Shown here piece by piece: positions 1-11,624 of a DNA stretch of 64,000 bases. A program made the position numbers and the translations under genes. Position 1 is the stretch's first letter. Each line of letters opens with the position of its first letter. Source of the stretch: Anthoceros angustus. Lineage: Eukaryota; Plantae; Anthocerotophyta. Where the stretch lies: the NCBI GenBank assembly GCA_010909165.1, contig MU008184.1:806001-870000 (forward strand), given 5' to 3'. Below the pieces are notes generated by a model. It worked only from the letters and a program-made list of their open reading frames with translations, did not search any database and was not told the DNA's origin.

Positions 1-99
1 GGGCATGTGCAAGCACCGCGCCTATAGCGGGCAGACTCATGCCGGATGGTCGGAAGCGGACTAGTTTGCTAGATGACGTTACGTACTAATGGTGGAAAC

Positions 100-760
100 C
101 GCTCGTGGATATGCGCGGCGCGGTGAATTGAAAGATGCACCGTGTTTTTGACTTGGCCACAAAGGATGTGGTGACATGGAGGCCTACAACGCTAGGGTTT
201 TGACTTGCCTTTTGAAGGCCCTGGATAATGATGAGGCTAGGCGCTGTTGTGATACGGACAAATGGGCGGGAGGGCCTCCTTTGGTGACCATGTTAGTTTT
301 TTCGGCTTGCCTTTTGAAGGCCCGTGGCTGGCGGTGGCTTATGAGAGGCCTACAACGCTAGGGTTTTGACTTGGCCACAAAGGATGTGGTGACATGGTGG
401 AGTATGCCTAAACAACAATGACCACTAGGCCAAGAGGCGCCAGATATGGACAAATAGAGCAGGAGGGCCTGCTTTTGGCTAACCATGTTACTTTTGCTCG
501 TCACAAGGCCTATGGGCTTCAACCAACGGTGCAGCTTACAGAACCTTGGGCATGCAACTGCACTCACAAATCATCGAAAGAGGACTAGTGGATGACGTTA
601 CGTAGCACGTGGTGGGCAACAGCCTGCCGGACATGAGATTGTATGCAGAAATGTGGTGAAGTGGAGGGAGGATGCATGCCTGGTCTTTGACAGCTTGGCC
701 ACATAGGATGTGGTACCATCATGGAATGCCCTGCAGATTGCTGGGTCTTTGATGCATAAA
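100..760 (+). pseudogene. Scrambled PLS-type PPR fragments resembling the DYW:KP genes at 44.7-51.2 kb
   Basis: Repeated GGCCACAAAGGATGTGGTGACATGG (ATKDVVTW) and GAGCAGGAGGGCCTG...TTTTGGCTAACCATGTTACTTTTGCT (EQEGL..LANHVTFA) pieces, the same words as in 45.8-50.3 kb. No sustained frame; decayed or low-quality sequence. Confidence 0.7.
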
Positions 761-1177
761 AAGTTATGGTAACATGATCACAGCGTGGAAGATTACGCAG
801 TTCTTAGCACATGACCAGCAAAGATTGGCTCACAAGCCTCACAAAGGCGATGTATACCACTGTGTCTACCACACATGCAAAGAAGTTCTGGACAATAAGT
901 AGAATGGCAAACCAGTGCACCATCTCCACACAGAGCACATGCATCTTCCACATACCACAATCAAACACATGGACTTCTATGCCAAAAAGCCAGCATCTGC
1001 ATGCAGCATCAACTCAGATCATAGAGAGCAAAAGCAAGTGCTCCGGTTCCCAACCAGCCTTCACTTCCATCCTTAGAAGCATAACCTCATGGAGTACAAC
1101 AAACACGCTGACCTGTTTGTAGGCAGCAATCATTGCACACTCATTGCAGCAACCCCTGACCTTCAGAAACATCCTCC

Positions 1178-2421
1178 TCATATTCCAGCAGGAATAACAA
1201 ACATTTGCACACATCTGCTGCAACAACAGGTGCTATTGGGCACTTCAACAATCGGGGGAGAAATCCAAGGGACACAAATTAAAACACCCCCGAGGCAGCA
1301 CATTGCGAGAATGACTGCTCTGGCACTATCAAAACGTGTCACGTGCGAGACCGCATCTTTATACACGTGTGGCTCGTGGGAGTGGCATGGAGCCACTGTC
1401 CAGGCCGGCGTGAACTGAACTTCTTCACTCTTAGATGGTGAATCCATTTGGATCGCTTTCGAAATCCAAAAGCCAAGAACATGTTCTTGCAGCTTGCTCC
1501 TACAAGCCAGGTTTTCGGCCAACTTCTTGTTCACAACATTATAGTGGTCGGTCTTGGCCTTCACACTTTGGCGGACTAGTTCCATGGTGCCTCGTTGAGT
1601 TTCTGAGTCCAACCCACCGCCATTGAGCACAAGGTCTGCTAGCTGGACCTTTGTCAAGTCCAGATCCTTCAAGGCATCCTCCCTTGCCTTAGCAAGCTTT
1701 GACTCCTCATCCCCGCACGCCTCCAAGTCCTTCTTCACACAAGCCACAGCCGAAATCACCTCCATTGGAGCCTGTACATGCCACTTTTCTCATGCCCAAA
1801 TATCTTACCTTTCAATGGACGTACGTGGTCCTTCTCCGTGAAGCTTGCCAACACTTTCGACGAGGACAATGGCTCCTTGTCAATCACAGCTGCTTTTCCT
1901 TTGTTGGCAGAGAGCAGCTCCAAACTTTGCTGCGACGACCGTCGTGTGGCCTCTTGTGGGCTCCTGCGGACAGGGGAGTTTTCCTTCAGACATGGAACGG
2001 CCAGCCCCCTTGCACCAAGCTTCATACCTGGTGGAGCGTCATCAGCTCCATCCGAGCCCTCATCTTCCTCACCTCCACCTTCCTCGTCCCCAGCATCGTC
2101 ACTCCCATCTTTACACTGTGCAGCGCATAGGCTAGGCTGGCGCCCGTACAATCTGTACACCAAGTCATCGATGTTCCTCCATTCTTCCACAACAAATAAA
2201 TTAGTAGTCCCCAGAAGGTAGCCATCATTTGCTCCAGGAAGGCCTCCAAAGTACCTGGCCAAAACATCTGACCCACCCACACGTTCCTTAAGACCAATTG
2301 CCAGGTTCTCATCCCGCACATTATTCACACCAACGGTGGATAGAACCTCATCCCCCGAGTGCCAATTCCACGGCGCAGCCTGCTCTGCTGAACACATGTC
2401 GACTTGCAAGGCTGCGGTCAC
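1178..2421 (-). pseudogene. Uncharacterised broken ORF (acidic tract, coiled coil, Cys-rich end), probably transposon-associated
   Basis: Adjacent minus-strand ORFs 1756-2421 and 1178-1765 with a DDAGDEEGGGEEDE tract, a heptad-like segment and a Cys-rich tail. No family recognised. Confidence 0.3.
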
Positions 2422-3938
2422 TCTCTCCTGGCGGCGGCATCTGTTGCCTCCTTACCTTCCTACTCTCCCTTGGGCGTGATGCTCTCCCCTGGCCACCATC
2501 CTCACCCAACAGATGCTGCCATAGCCACACGCTGCCTCCCCTCCAAAGCCACACGCTGTCTCCCCTCCACCCTGCCAAGTGGTTCACCCATGGTATCCAG
2601 GAAGCAAACCGGCAGCCTCCAAGCAACCAAGCACCTGAATGGTAGAACTACACACCGCCCCCACACAAACAGCCACCAACCAAACTAGCAAGCACTCGAA
2701 ACGCCCCACCACCACAGTAGCACCCTCCTAGCAAACACCCAAAACGCCCCACCACCACACTAGCATCCCCCTAGCAAACAAAAACCATGTTAGAGACAAC
2801 CTCCAAAATCAAGCGCCTCCCATCGATCAAAATCGCTCAATCATTTTATTAGTCCTCTGTAGACCATTGTTTTGTATGGAAATGATGCCTATGTCATTAG
2901 TGCATGCCATTCGTTAAACAACAAAAACCACTATGGGCCGCTAAAAGATATAAACTTCTCTCACGACACCCTAATTGTGTGCCTTCTTCTGCAGGGTATG
3001 CTCAAATATGGCATTTTAATGCCCATCAAAACTCTGCCAGCGTATATTCACGTCAAAAGCCGCTTGATATATATTCAGCCGCTTCAAATATTATCGTGTT
3101 TCAAGGTGGTGGGAAGTCTGGCAACCCAAAGTACGCTCGAAATAAGCGACAAAGGTCCCGTGCCATAGTTAAACAGCAAGATCGTTCGCTCTGAAACCAG
3201 TTGTAATGGTGGTGAGCCATGAGCAACCCTAAAACGTGAGATGGCAATCCCGGCTCAAGAACGCTTACTAGATTGATAAGTGCCCGACACTTATACCATG
3301 GGTGGGGTACATTTCCAGCAACGATCATGGTGGACAACAAGATGAAAACTAACTATCAAGTAGAAAGTAAAGGGACCGTAGGAATACCATGACAGTCGAT
3401 ATCTTCTCTTAACTGCTCCTAGTTCCTGCTTGAATTACGTTGAGCTAATTCTTCGTCCCCTCCTCCTGCTCAAACTTTTCCTTAAATCGCACCATATTCA
3501 ATTCCCGAGTGGATTGAAAGAGCAAAAATTTTCCATAGTTTCCATCGCCTCATCAGCCTTTCAGCATAGGAAGACCGTACTCTATCACACAGACAATCCA
3601 TAGCTGTATCTGCCTTTCTTGCGATCTCTGCGGCATCTACTTGCATAATTGTGTCAATCTTGGTTAGTTCTTCGCCAGATCGGGCCCGCAACAATGCAAA
3701 TTTGTAGATAAGGATGTAGATAGGACGGAGTAAGAGGGCAGATTTGGGGAGGCAAAATTTGCACCTAAAAGGATGCAGATAAGAGAGGCATTCCCTGGAA
3801 CTAGGAATTGTGCCGCTCTTTCTTTCTTGCCTCATATTTATCTCCTGAGACAATAGTTGTCCATGCAGACTGCCGGCTGCTGGATTCGATTTGCCCATCT
3901 TGGAGAATTGGGGAGTAAGAGGGCTCTGTGATTGTTTA

Positions 3939-4221
3939 GTGAGAGCCTTGTGGATGCTTGGGGCGTGTTTGATAGACTTGGTGAGACTAATGTGGTGACA
4001 TGGAGTGCCATGATGGCAGGGTATTCCCAGCAGGGCATGGGTCAGGAAGCCCTAGATCTTGACAAGGCTATGTAACAAGAAGGCATCGTAGCACCTGATT
4101 GCGTGACCTTTGTGTGCCTCCTCCATGCTTGTGCAAGTGTTGGGGGAAGTCTCGATTTAGAGAAGAGGAAGCAGCTTCATGCACAAATTACATAGGGAGC
4201 GAGGAATGCAAGCTAACGTTT
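3939..4221 (+). pseudogene. Isolated diverged copy of one S-P-L PPR triplet of the downstream gene
   Basis: Aligns with 7131-7410 (GAGAGCCTTGTGGATGCT...GCAAGCTAACGTTTT) with substitutions, a CAA>TAA stop near 4072 and an insertion. Confidence 0.85.
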
Positions 4222-4268
4222 TCACCAAGCTAATGTTTTTTTTGCTAAATTGTTTTGTCATTCCTTCT

Positions 4269-4594
4269 CCTTAATTCTTGAGAGATTAGGTTAACATAGA
4301 AACTAATTGAGGCTAGAGAAGGCGGGTCTCACAAGCCGCCTGGTGCCCGGAATATTAATCTACCACGTATGAAGCCGCAATTATAGCCCGTTTTGTACTA
4401 ATCATCAAATTACAAAAAGCTTCCAGGCCTTAATTCTTGAGAGATTAGGTGAACATGGAGACTAATTGAGACTAGAGAAGGCGGTTCTAACAAGCCGCCT
4501 CGTGCCCGGAATATTAATGTACCGCGTATGAAGCCGCAATTATAGCCCGTTTTGTACTGATCATCAAATTACAAAAAGCTTCCAGGCCTTAATT
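4269..4594. repeat. 159-bp tandem duplication upstream of the first PPR gene
   Basis: Units start at 4269 and 4428 and are bounded by CCTTAATT (also at 4587). The copies differ by substitutions, so the duplication is probably real. Confidence 0.9.
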
Positions 4595-4990
4595 GGCGCT
4601 CGTCGAACATCCAAAAAGCTTGCCTGTGGCTCGGCAAGTTTTTGAAAAGCTAGTGGTCCCGGGAGTCGGATGGTTGCAGAACCAGGCAATTCCGATAAGT
4701 GTGTGCCGAGAAATCTGAAATTAGGGTGGCCAAAAACGACAACCCTTTGTCTAGGAGCCCGAAACCAAAGTTCAAAACAGGAAGATCTTGCTGAGCCGCT
4801 GCAGGTAGCTTTGCCCTGCTAGCCGCAATGGATGTCAGCTCTAGAATTTGCGTAACTGGGCCAGCTAGGACACGGGAACCGGACGCCTCTGCTGGTCATG
4901 GCTGCGTGGCGAGTTGCTGTTTCGTCGCGCAGGGCGGCAGGCCGCGTGCGGGGACATCTTATCTGGGTTGGGGAGAGATGAGTTGGAGCT

Positions 4991-7900
4991 ATGGGAAGAG
5001 CTCCGGATTTTATGGCGCCGCGTGAATGTGGTGGGGACCCTTGTCGGCCTGTAGAATGTGAGATTGGCGTGACGGGTGAAATTGTAAGCCAACTGTGTCA
5101 GCAGGGGCAGCTGGGCAAGGCTGTGGAGGCTCTTGGGCTGCTGGTGGAGGGGGGCTCTGTTGTTTCTCAGTCTCTCTTTTATGCCGTCCTGAAACGATGT
5201 GTGGTTGAGAGGGATCTGGTTCTGGGCCGCCGTATCCATGCCCTCACTATGAGAGGGGGGTATGAGTCGGACACGTTCCTGAGCAATCACTTCCTGCGAA
5301 TGTATGCTGCGCATGCCAGGATGCAAGAGGCGATGGCAGTGTTCTTGATGGTTGATGGCCCGGATGCGTTCACCTGGTCTGCTATCATATCTGCGCATGT
5401 GAGACACGGCCAGGATAAAGAGGCTGTGGAGCTGTATCGTCGGATGCGGAGGTCTGGTGTGAAGGCAGATGGGCATGTGTTTGTGGCAGCCCTGCAGGCC
5501 TGTGCTGGGGAGGGGACCTGGAAACTGGTCAGCAGGTGCATGCTGATGTCGTGGCCAGTGGGGTTGATCCGCAGTTGTTTCTTGGGACTTCCTTGGTGGA
5601 CATGTATGCGAAGTGTGGAGCTTGAAAGATGCTCAGAGAATTTTTGACCGGCTTGGGCACAAGGATGTGGTGACTTGGAATGCCATGATGGCGGGGTATT
5701 CACAGCAGGGGCAGCTGGGCAAGGCTGTGGAGGCTCTTGGGCTGCTGGTGGAGGGCTCTGTTGTTTCTCAGTCTCTCTTTTATGCCGTCCTGAAACGATG
5801 TGTGGTTGAGAGGGATCTGGTTCTGGGCCGCCGTATCCATGCCCTCACTATGAGAGGGGGTATGAGTCGGACACGTTCCTGAGCAATCACTTCCTGCGAA
5901 TGTATGCTGCGCATGCCAGGATGCAAGAGGCGATGGCAGTGTTCTTGATGGTTGATGGCCCGGATGCGTTCACCTGGTCTGCTATCATATCTGCGCATGT
6001 GAGACACGGCCAGGATAAAGAGGCTGTGGAGCTGTATCGTCGGATGCGGAGGTCTGGTGTGAAGGCAGATGGGCATGTGTTTGTGGCAGCCCTGCAGGCC
6101 TGTGCTGGGGAGGGGACCTGGAAACTGGTCAGCAGGTGCATGCTGATGTCGTGGCCAGTGGGGTTGATCCGCAGTTGTTTCTTGGGACTTCCTTGGTGGA
6201 CATGTATGCGAAGTGTGGAGCTTGAAAGATGCTCAGAGAATTTTTGACCGGCTTGGGCACAAGGATGTGGTGACTTGGAATGCCATGATGGCGGGGTATT
6301 CACAGCAGGGGCAGCTGGGCAAGGCTGTGGAGGCTCTTGGGCTGCTGGTGGAGGGGCTCTGTTGTTTCTCAGTCTCTCTTTTATGCCGTCCTGAAACGAT
6401 GTGTGGTTGAGAGGGATCTGGTTCTGGGCCGCCGTATCCATGCCCTCACTATGAGAGGGGGGTATGAGTCGGACACGTTCCTGAGCAATCACTTCCTGCG
6501 AATGTATGCTGCGCATGCCAGGATGCAAGAGGCGATGGCAGTGTTCTTGATGGTTGATGGCCCGGATGCGTTCACCTGGTCTGCTATCATATCTGCGCAT
6601 GTGAGACACGGCCAGGATAAAGAGGCTGTGGAGCTGTATCGTCGGATGCGGAGGTCTGGTGTGAAGGCAGATGGGCATGTGTTTGTGGCAGCCCTGCAGG
6701 CCTGTGCTGGGGAGGGGACCTGGAAACTGGTCAGCAGGTGCATGCTGATGTCGTGGCCAGTGGGGTTGATCCGCAGTTGTTTCTTGGGACTTCCTTGGTG
6801 GACATGTATGCGAAGTGTGGGAGCTTGAAAGATGCTCAGAGAATTTTTGACCGGCTTGGGCACAAGGATGTGGTGACTTGGAATGCCATGATGGCGGGGT
6901 ATTCACAGCAGGGCAGGTGGCAGGAGGCCCTTCGTTTGTACAGGGCTATGTTGGAAGAAGAGGGCACGGATGCCCCCGATTCTGTGACGTTTGTGTGCCT
7001 GCTGCAGGCGTGTGCAAGCGTGGGTGTCCCAGGGTTGGAGACGGGGAAGCAGCTTCATGCGCAAATTAGAGAGCTAGGACTTGAGGCTGATGGACTTGTT
7101 GGCAGCAGTTTAGTGAACATGTATGCGAAGTGTGAGAGCCTTGTGGATGCTCGTGGCGTGTTTGATGGACTTGGTGAGAAAAATGTGGTTACATGGAGTG
7201 CCATGATTGCAGGGTATTCCCAGCAGGGCATGGGTCAGGAAGCCCTGGATCTTTACAAGGCTATGCAACAAGAAAGCATCGTAGCACCTGATTGTGTGAC
7301 CTTTGTGTGCCTCCTGCATGCATGTGCAAGTGTTGGGGGAAGTCTGGGTTTGGAGAAGGGGAAGCAGCTTCATGCACAAATTAGGGAGCGAGGATTGCAA
7401 GCTAACGTTTTTGCCGCCAGCAGTTTGGTGAACATGTATGCCAAGTGTGGCAGCCTAGAGGATGCCCGCGTGGTGTTTGACGGCCTTTGTGAAAAGAATG
7501 TGGTGACGTGGGGGGCTATGATAGCAGGATACTCCCAGCAGGGCATGGGTCAGGAAGCCCTTGCTCTCTACAAGGTTATGCAAGATGAAGGTGTCGTTGC
7601 AGCTGATTCCGTGACATTTAAGTGCCTCCTGCAGGTATGTGCAAATGTGGCAGCTTTAATTGTGGGAAAGCAGCTTCATGCGCAGATTGTTGAACAAGGG
7701 CTTCATGCCGATGTGCTTGTAGCTTGCAGTTTGATTAATATGTATGGGAAGTCTGGGAGCATGGTTGATGCTCAACAGGTGTTTGACGCCTTGCCAGAGA
7801 GAGACGTTGCTGCATGGAATGCACTGATTGCAGGCTACACCCGTCAAGGAAGCAGTGATGTAGTCTTCGACTTGTTTCGAAGGATGGGAGAGGATGGCAT

Positions 7901-8576
7901 ACTACCTGACGACATCACCTTCCTTAGTGTATTAACAGTCTGCAGTCATGCGGGTCTAGTGAACGAGGGGCGAGAGCACTTTGAGAATATGAGAATACAG
8001 TATGGCATCCATCCTACGGTGGAACACTACACATGCATGGTGGACCTCCTGGGCCGTGTAGGCCGACTGGATGAGGCACTAGCTCTGATAAGTACAATGG
8101 CTGTACTGCCCAATGCTCCGGTTTGGCATGCTTTGCTTGGTGCTTGTCAAAAGTGGAGCAATGTGGAGGTTGGACGCCATGCTTTCGATGAGGCAGTGAA
8201 ACTAGACAAGAAAGATGCCCCAGCATATGTCTTGATGTCAAACATATACGCAAGTGCCCAGATGTGGGATCAGGCACAGGTCATGCAGGATAGGAGAAAA
8301 GGAATCGGGGCGTGGAAGCAGCCAGGCCAGAGCTGGTGGACGGGCACGGACGGACTTGTGCATAGTTTTTTGGTTGGGGATGACAAGCATCCTGAGAGTC
8401 AAGGCATATATGCAAGCCTGATAGATCTGTTTTCGAAAATAAAGAAGCGAGTATATGTGCCACACCTGGAATCGTTAGCGGGAGACTGCAGGGCAATCTC
8501 TAGTCCAATTCTGGAGCCTCAGAATGACCACACGCTAATGCACACCATTGCGCACCAATGCACAGCTAGCTTCTAG
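4991..8576 (+). CDS. PLS-class PPR protein, E1-E2 plus truncated WW-type DYW (E+); 5' part triplicated and frameshifted in this assembly
   Basis: P/L/S repeats (VVTWNAMMAGYSQQG, SVTFVCLLQACAS, SLVNMYAKCGSL), lengthened LL motifs, E domains, then WKQPGQSWWTGTDGLVHSFLVGD. Ends before any HxE/CxxC deaminase motif. Confidence 0.88.
5099..6914 (+). repeat. ~600-bp unit present three times inside the PPR gene
   Basis: Units start at 5099, 5703 and 6303, joined at CAGCAGGG(G)CAG microhomology (again at 6906). Copies differ essentially only by small indels in G-rich runs. Confidence 0.95.
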
Positions 8577-8791
8577 CACCTCGTGGTCGATTGATACACA
8601 AACCAACCAACCCAACTTCCTCAGTACTTGTGCTGCACACTTTCACACCGCAACGCAAGGTCTAACTGCCTGAATCCTAATGCAACTTCCTCCTAGGCAT
8701 TTTCCACACCCCGGGCGACTTGAATCCCTCAGCTTAGTTGCTACTACTAGTATCAGGCCATGTGGACGTCTGATTGTTACAGCAAACGTGG

Positions 8792-11590
8792 ATGGCTGTT
8801 TGGAGGTTAGTAGGCACTCTAGGAAGAGCTCCGGCCTTTGTGAATTCAAGCAACCAACCCCTGGCAAGCAAAGGAGCTGCGAGGTGCAGCACCTCTGCAA
8901 GAAGAGGATGTATGGCTGGAGACGTATCTTCCAGCGAGGCTCACACACATGCCCTCCACACTACGGTTCTACACCAGGAGAGCTGGCGTCCGCCGGAATT
9001 GCGAGATAAAGAGTTACGCAACTTCCAGAATTCAGCTTGGGTAAATGCGCAGCTTGTTGCTCCGGGTATGCAGACGAGTCGTACATCCAACTGGAGCGAG
9101 CCGGATGGCTGCAGGCCTGCAGGATACGAAAACTGTGTAACGGTTGAAACCGTAAGCGAGCTCTGTGAGCATGGGCTGGTACCTGATGCCGTGGAGGCTC
9201 TGGGACTTCTGGTGCAAACAGACTGTCCTGTTTCGAAATCTCTCTTTTACATGGTCTTAAAGGAATGTGTGGCTAAGAAGGATCTGCCTCTGGGTCGCCG
9301 TGTCCACGCTCTCACCGTGAAGAAGGGGTATGAGTCGGACACGTTCTTGTGCAATCACATCCTGCGAATGTATGCTTCTCATGCCAGGTTGCAAGAAGCC
9401 ATGGATGTGTTCTGTGTGATTGCCAAACCAGATGCTTTCACGTGGTGTGCGGTAATATCTGCCAATGTTAGGCACGGTCAAGATGAGCAGGCCATACAAT
9501 TGTATCATCGGATGCGCAGGTCAAGTGTGAGTCCGAATGGGCATGTGTTTGTAGTAGCCCTTCAGGCTTGTGCAAGGCGATCAGACCTGAAATCTGGGCA
9601 GCAGGTCCATGCTGATGTGTTGGGTAGTGGGGTTGAGCCTGACTTGTTTGTCTGTAGTTGCTTGGTAGACATGTATGCAAAGTGTGGCAGCTTGGAAGAT
9701 GCTGAAAGAGTTTTTGACGGGCTTCCTCTAAAAGATGTGGTGACTTGGAATGCCATGATAGCAGGATATTCTCAGCAGGGCATGGCTCAGGAAGCCCTTC
9801 GTCTTTATTGTGCAATGCAAGAGGAAGGCTTGGCTTCACCCAATTCTGTGACGTTTGTCTGCCTGTTGCAAGCATGTGCAAGTGTGGGCATTTCGGCTTT
9901 GGAGGTGGGGAAGCAGCTTCATGCACAGATCACAGAACGAGGGATTCAGGCTGATGTAGTTTTAGGTGGGAGCCTGGTAAACATGTATGCCAAGTGTGGG
10001 AGCGTGGAAGATGCTTTGGGCGTGTTTGAGGGTCTTGGTAAGAAAACTGTGGTGACATGGAATGCCATGATAGCAGGATATTCCCAGAAGGGCATGGGGC
10101 AGAAAGCTTTGCAGCTTTACAGCGTTATGGAAAGAGAAGGTGTTGTTACACCCGATTCTGTGACATTTGTGTGCCTCCTCCAGGCATGTGCAAGTGTGGG
10201 CAACCTTGCTTTGGAGCAGGGGACGCAACTTCATTCACAAATTAGGGAACGAGGACTTGAAGAGGATGTGTTTGTAGCCAACAGTTTGGTAAGTATGTAT
10301 GCAAAGTGTGGCAGCATAGAGGATGCTCACGACGTGTTTGAAGGACTGACTCAGAAAGACGTTGTGACGTGGAATGCCATGATAGCGGGATATTCCCACC
10401 AAGGACTGGGCCAACAAGCCCTTGGTCTTTACAGGGCCATGCAAGAAGAAGGCATGGCTGCTCCCGACGCTGTGACGTTTGTGTGTCTTCTCCAGGCGTG
10501 TGCAAGTGTTGGCTCCTTCGCTTTGGAGAAGGGGAAGCAGCTTCATGAACAGATCAGAGAACGAGGACTTGAAGCAGACGTAGTTATCGCTAGCAGTTTG
10601 GTAGACATGTATGCGAAGTGTGGCAGCCTAGAGGATGCTCAGGGCGTGTTTGACGCTCTCGAAGAAAAAAATGTGGTGACATGGAGTGCCATGATAGCAG
10701 GATATTCCCAGCAGGGTATGGGGCTGGAGGCCCTTCGACTTTACGGTGCTATGCAAGAAGAAGGCTTGGTTGCACCCAATTCTGTGACATTCGTTTGCCT
10801 CCTTCAAGCATGTGCGAGTGTGGCAGCTTTGCATCTAGGCAGGCAACTTCATGCACAGATCAAAGATCAAAGGCTTCAAGCTGACATGCTTGTAGCCGGC
10901 AGCTTGGTAAACATGTACGGGAAGTGCGGTAGCATGGTTGATGCGCAGCAAGTGTTTGAGGCATTGCCCAAAAGAGATCTTTTCACGTGGAGTGCATTGA
11001 TAGCAGGATACACCCGTCAGGGAGACAGTGATGAGGTCTTTCACCTGGTTCTCAGAATGAGAGACGATGGCATACAGCCAGACGGCATCACGTTCCTCAG
11101 CGTACTAACAGTGTGCAGTCATGCGGGTCTTGTGCAACGGGGGCGAGAGTACTTCGAGGCTATGAGCACACTCCACGGCCTCACTCCCACTGCTGACCAC
11201 TACACGTGCATGGTGGATCTATTGGGTCGTGCAGGAGAACTGGACGAGGCACTTGCTTTGGTGGGGACGATGCCTCTGCTGCCTAATCTTGCAATTTGGC
11301 ACACTCTATTGGGTGCTTGTCGGAAGTGGAGCAACGTGGAGGTGGCGCGCCATGCGTTCCATGAAGCAGTCAAGCTGGACGAGAAAGATGCCGCAGCATA
11401 TGTGTTGATGTCGAGCATATACATCGGTGCTCAGATGTGGGAGCAGGCACAGGAAATGCAGGCCAAGCGAATGCGACACGGGGCCTGGAAGCAGCCAGGG
11501 CAGAGCTGGTGGGCAGACATGGACGGGCTGGTGCTCAGCTTCAAAGTCGGGGATAAGGCGCCCCGCATCTTGGGTGTGAAGCAAGGCTGA
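8792..11590 (+). CDS. PLS-class PPR protein, E1-E2 plus truncated WW-type PG box
   Basis: Single-exon ORF (first ATG 8792) with a Ser/Arg/Ala-rich leader, 37-aa LL motifs (SVTFVCLLQACASVGISALEVGKQLHAQITERGIQAD) and C-terminal WKQPGQSWWADMDGLVLSFKVGD. Confidence 0.93.
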   Translation: MAVWRLVGTLGRAPAFVNSSNQPLASKGAARCSTSARRGCMAGDVSSSEAHTHALHTTVLHQESWRPPELRDKELRNFQNSAWVNAQLVAPGMQTSRTSNWSEPDGCRPAGYENCVTVETVSELCEHGLVPDAVEALGLLVQTDCPVSKSLFYMVLKECVAKKDLPLGRRVHALTVKKGYESDTFLCNHILRMYASHARLQEAMDVFCVIAKPDAFTWCAVISANVRHGQDEQAIQLYHRMRRSSVSPNGHVFVVALQACARRSDLKSGQQVHADVLGSGVEPDLFVCSCLVDMYAKCGSLEDAERVFDGLPLKDVVTWNAMIAGYSQQGMAQEALRLYCAMQEEGLASPNSVTFVCLLQACASVGISALEVGKQLHAQITERGIQADVVLGGSLVNMYAKCGSVEDALGVFEGLGKKTVVTWNAMIAGYSQKGMGQKALQLYSVMEREGVVTPDSVTFVCLLQACASVGNLALEQGTQLHSQIRERGLEEDVFVANSLVSMYAKCGSIEDAHDVFEGLTQKDVVTWNAMIAGYSHQGLGQQALGLYRAMQEEGMAAPDAVTFVCLLQACASVGSFALEKGKQLHEQIRERGLEADVVIASSLVDMYAKCGSLEDAQGVFDALEEKNVVTWSAMIAGYSQQGMGLEALRLYGAMQEEGLVAPNSVTFVCLLQACASVAALHLGRQLHAQIKDQRLQADMLVAGSLVNMYGKCGSMVDAQQVFEALPKRDLFTWSALIAGYTRQGDSDEVFHLVLRMRDDGIQPDGITFLSVLTVCSHAGLVQRGREYFEAMSTLHGLTPTADHYTCMVDLLGRAGELDEALALVGTMPLLPNLAIWHTLLGACRKWSNVEVARHAFHEAVKLDEKDAAAYVLMSSIYIGAQMWEQAQEMQAKRMRHGAWKQPGQSWWADMDGLVLSFKVGDKAPRILGVKQG

Positions 11591-11624
11591 AATAGGATCA
11601 ACCCGATTTTCCTTCTGAAGGCCA

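Noticed and set aside
5000-5015. 'APDF' in the first PPR leader as a PDF motif
   Set aside because: It aligns with GRAPAF in the leader of the next gene, and there is no WWDNR or AWV context.
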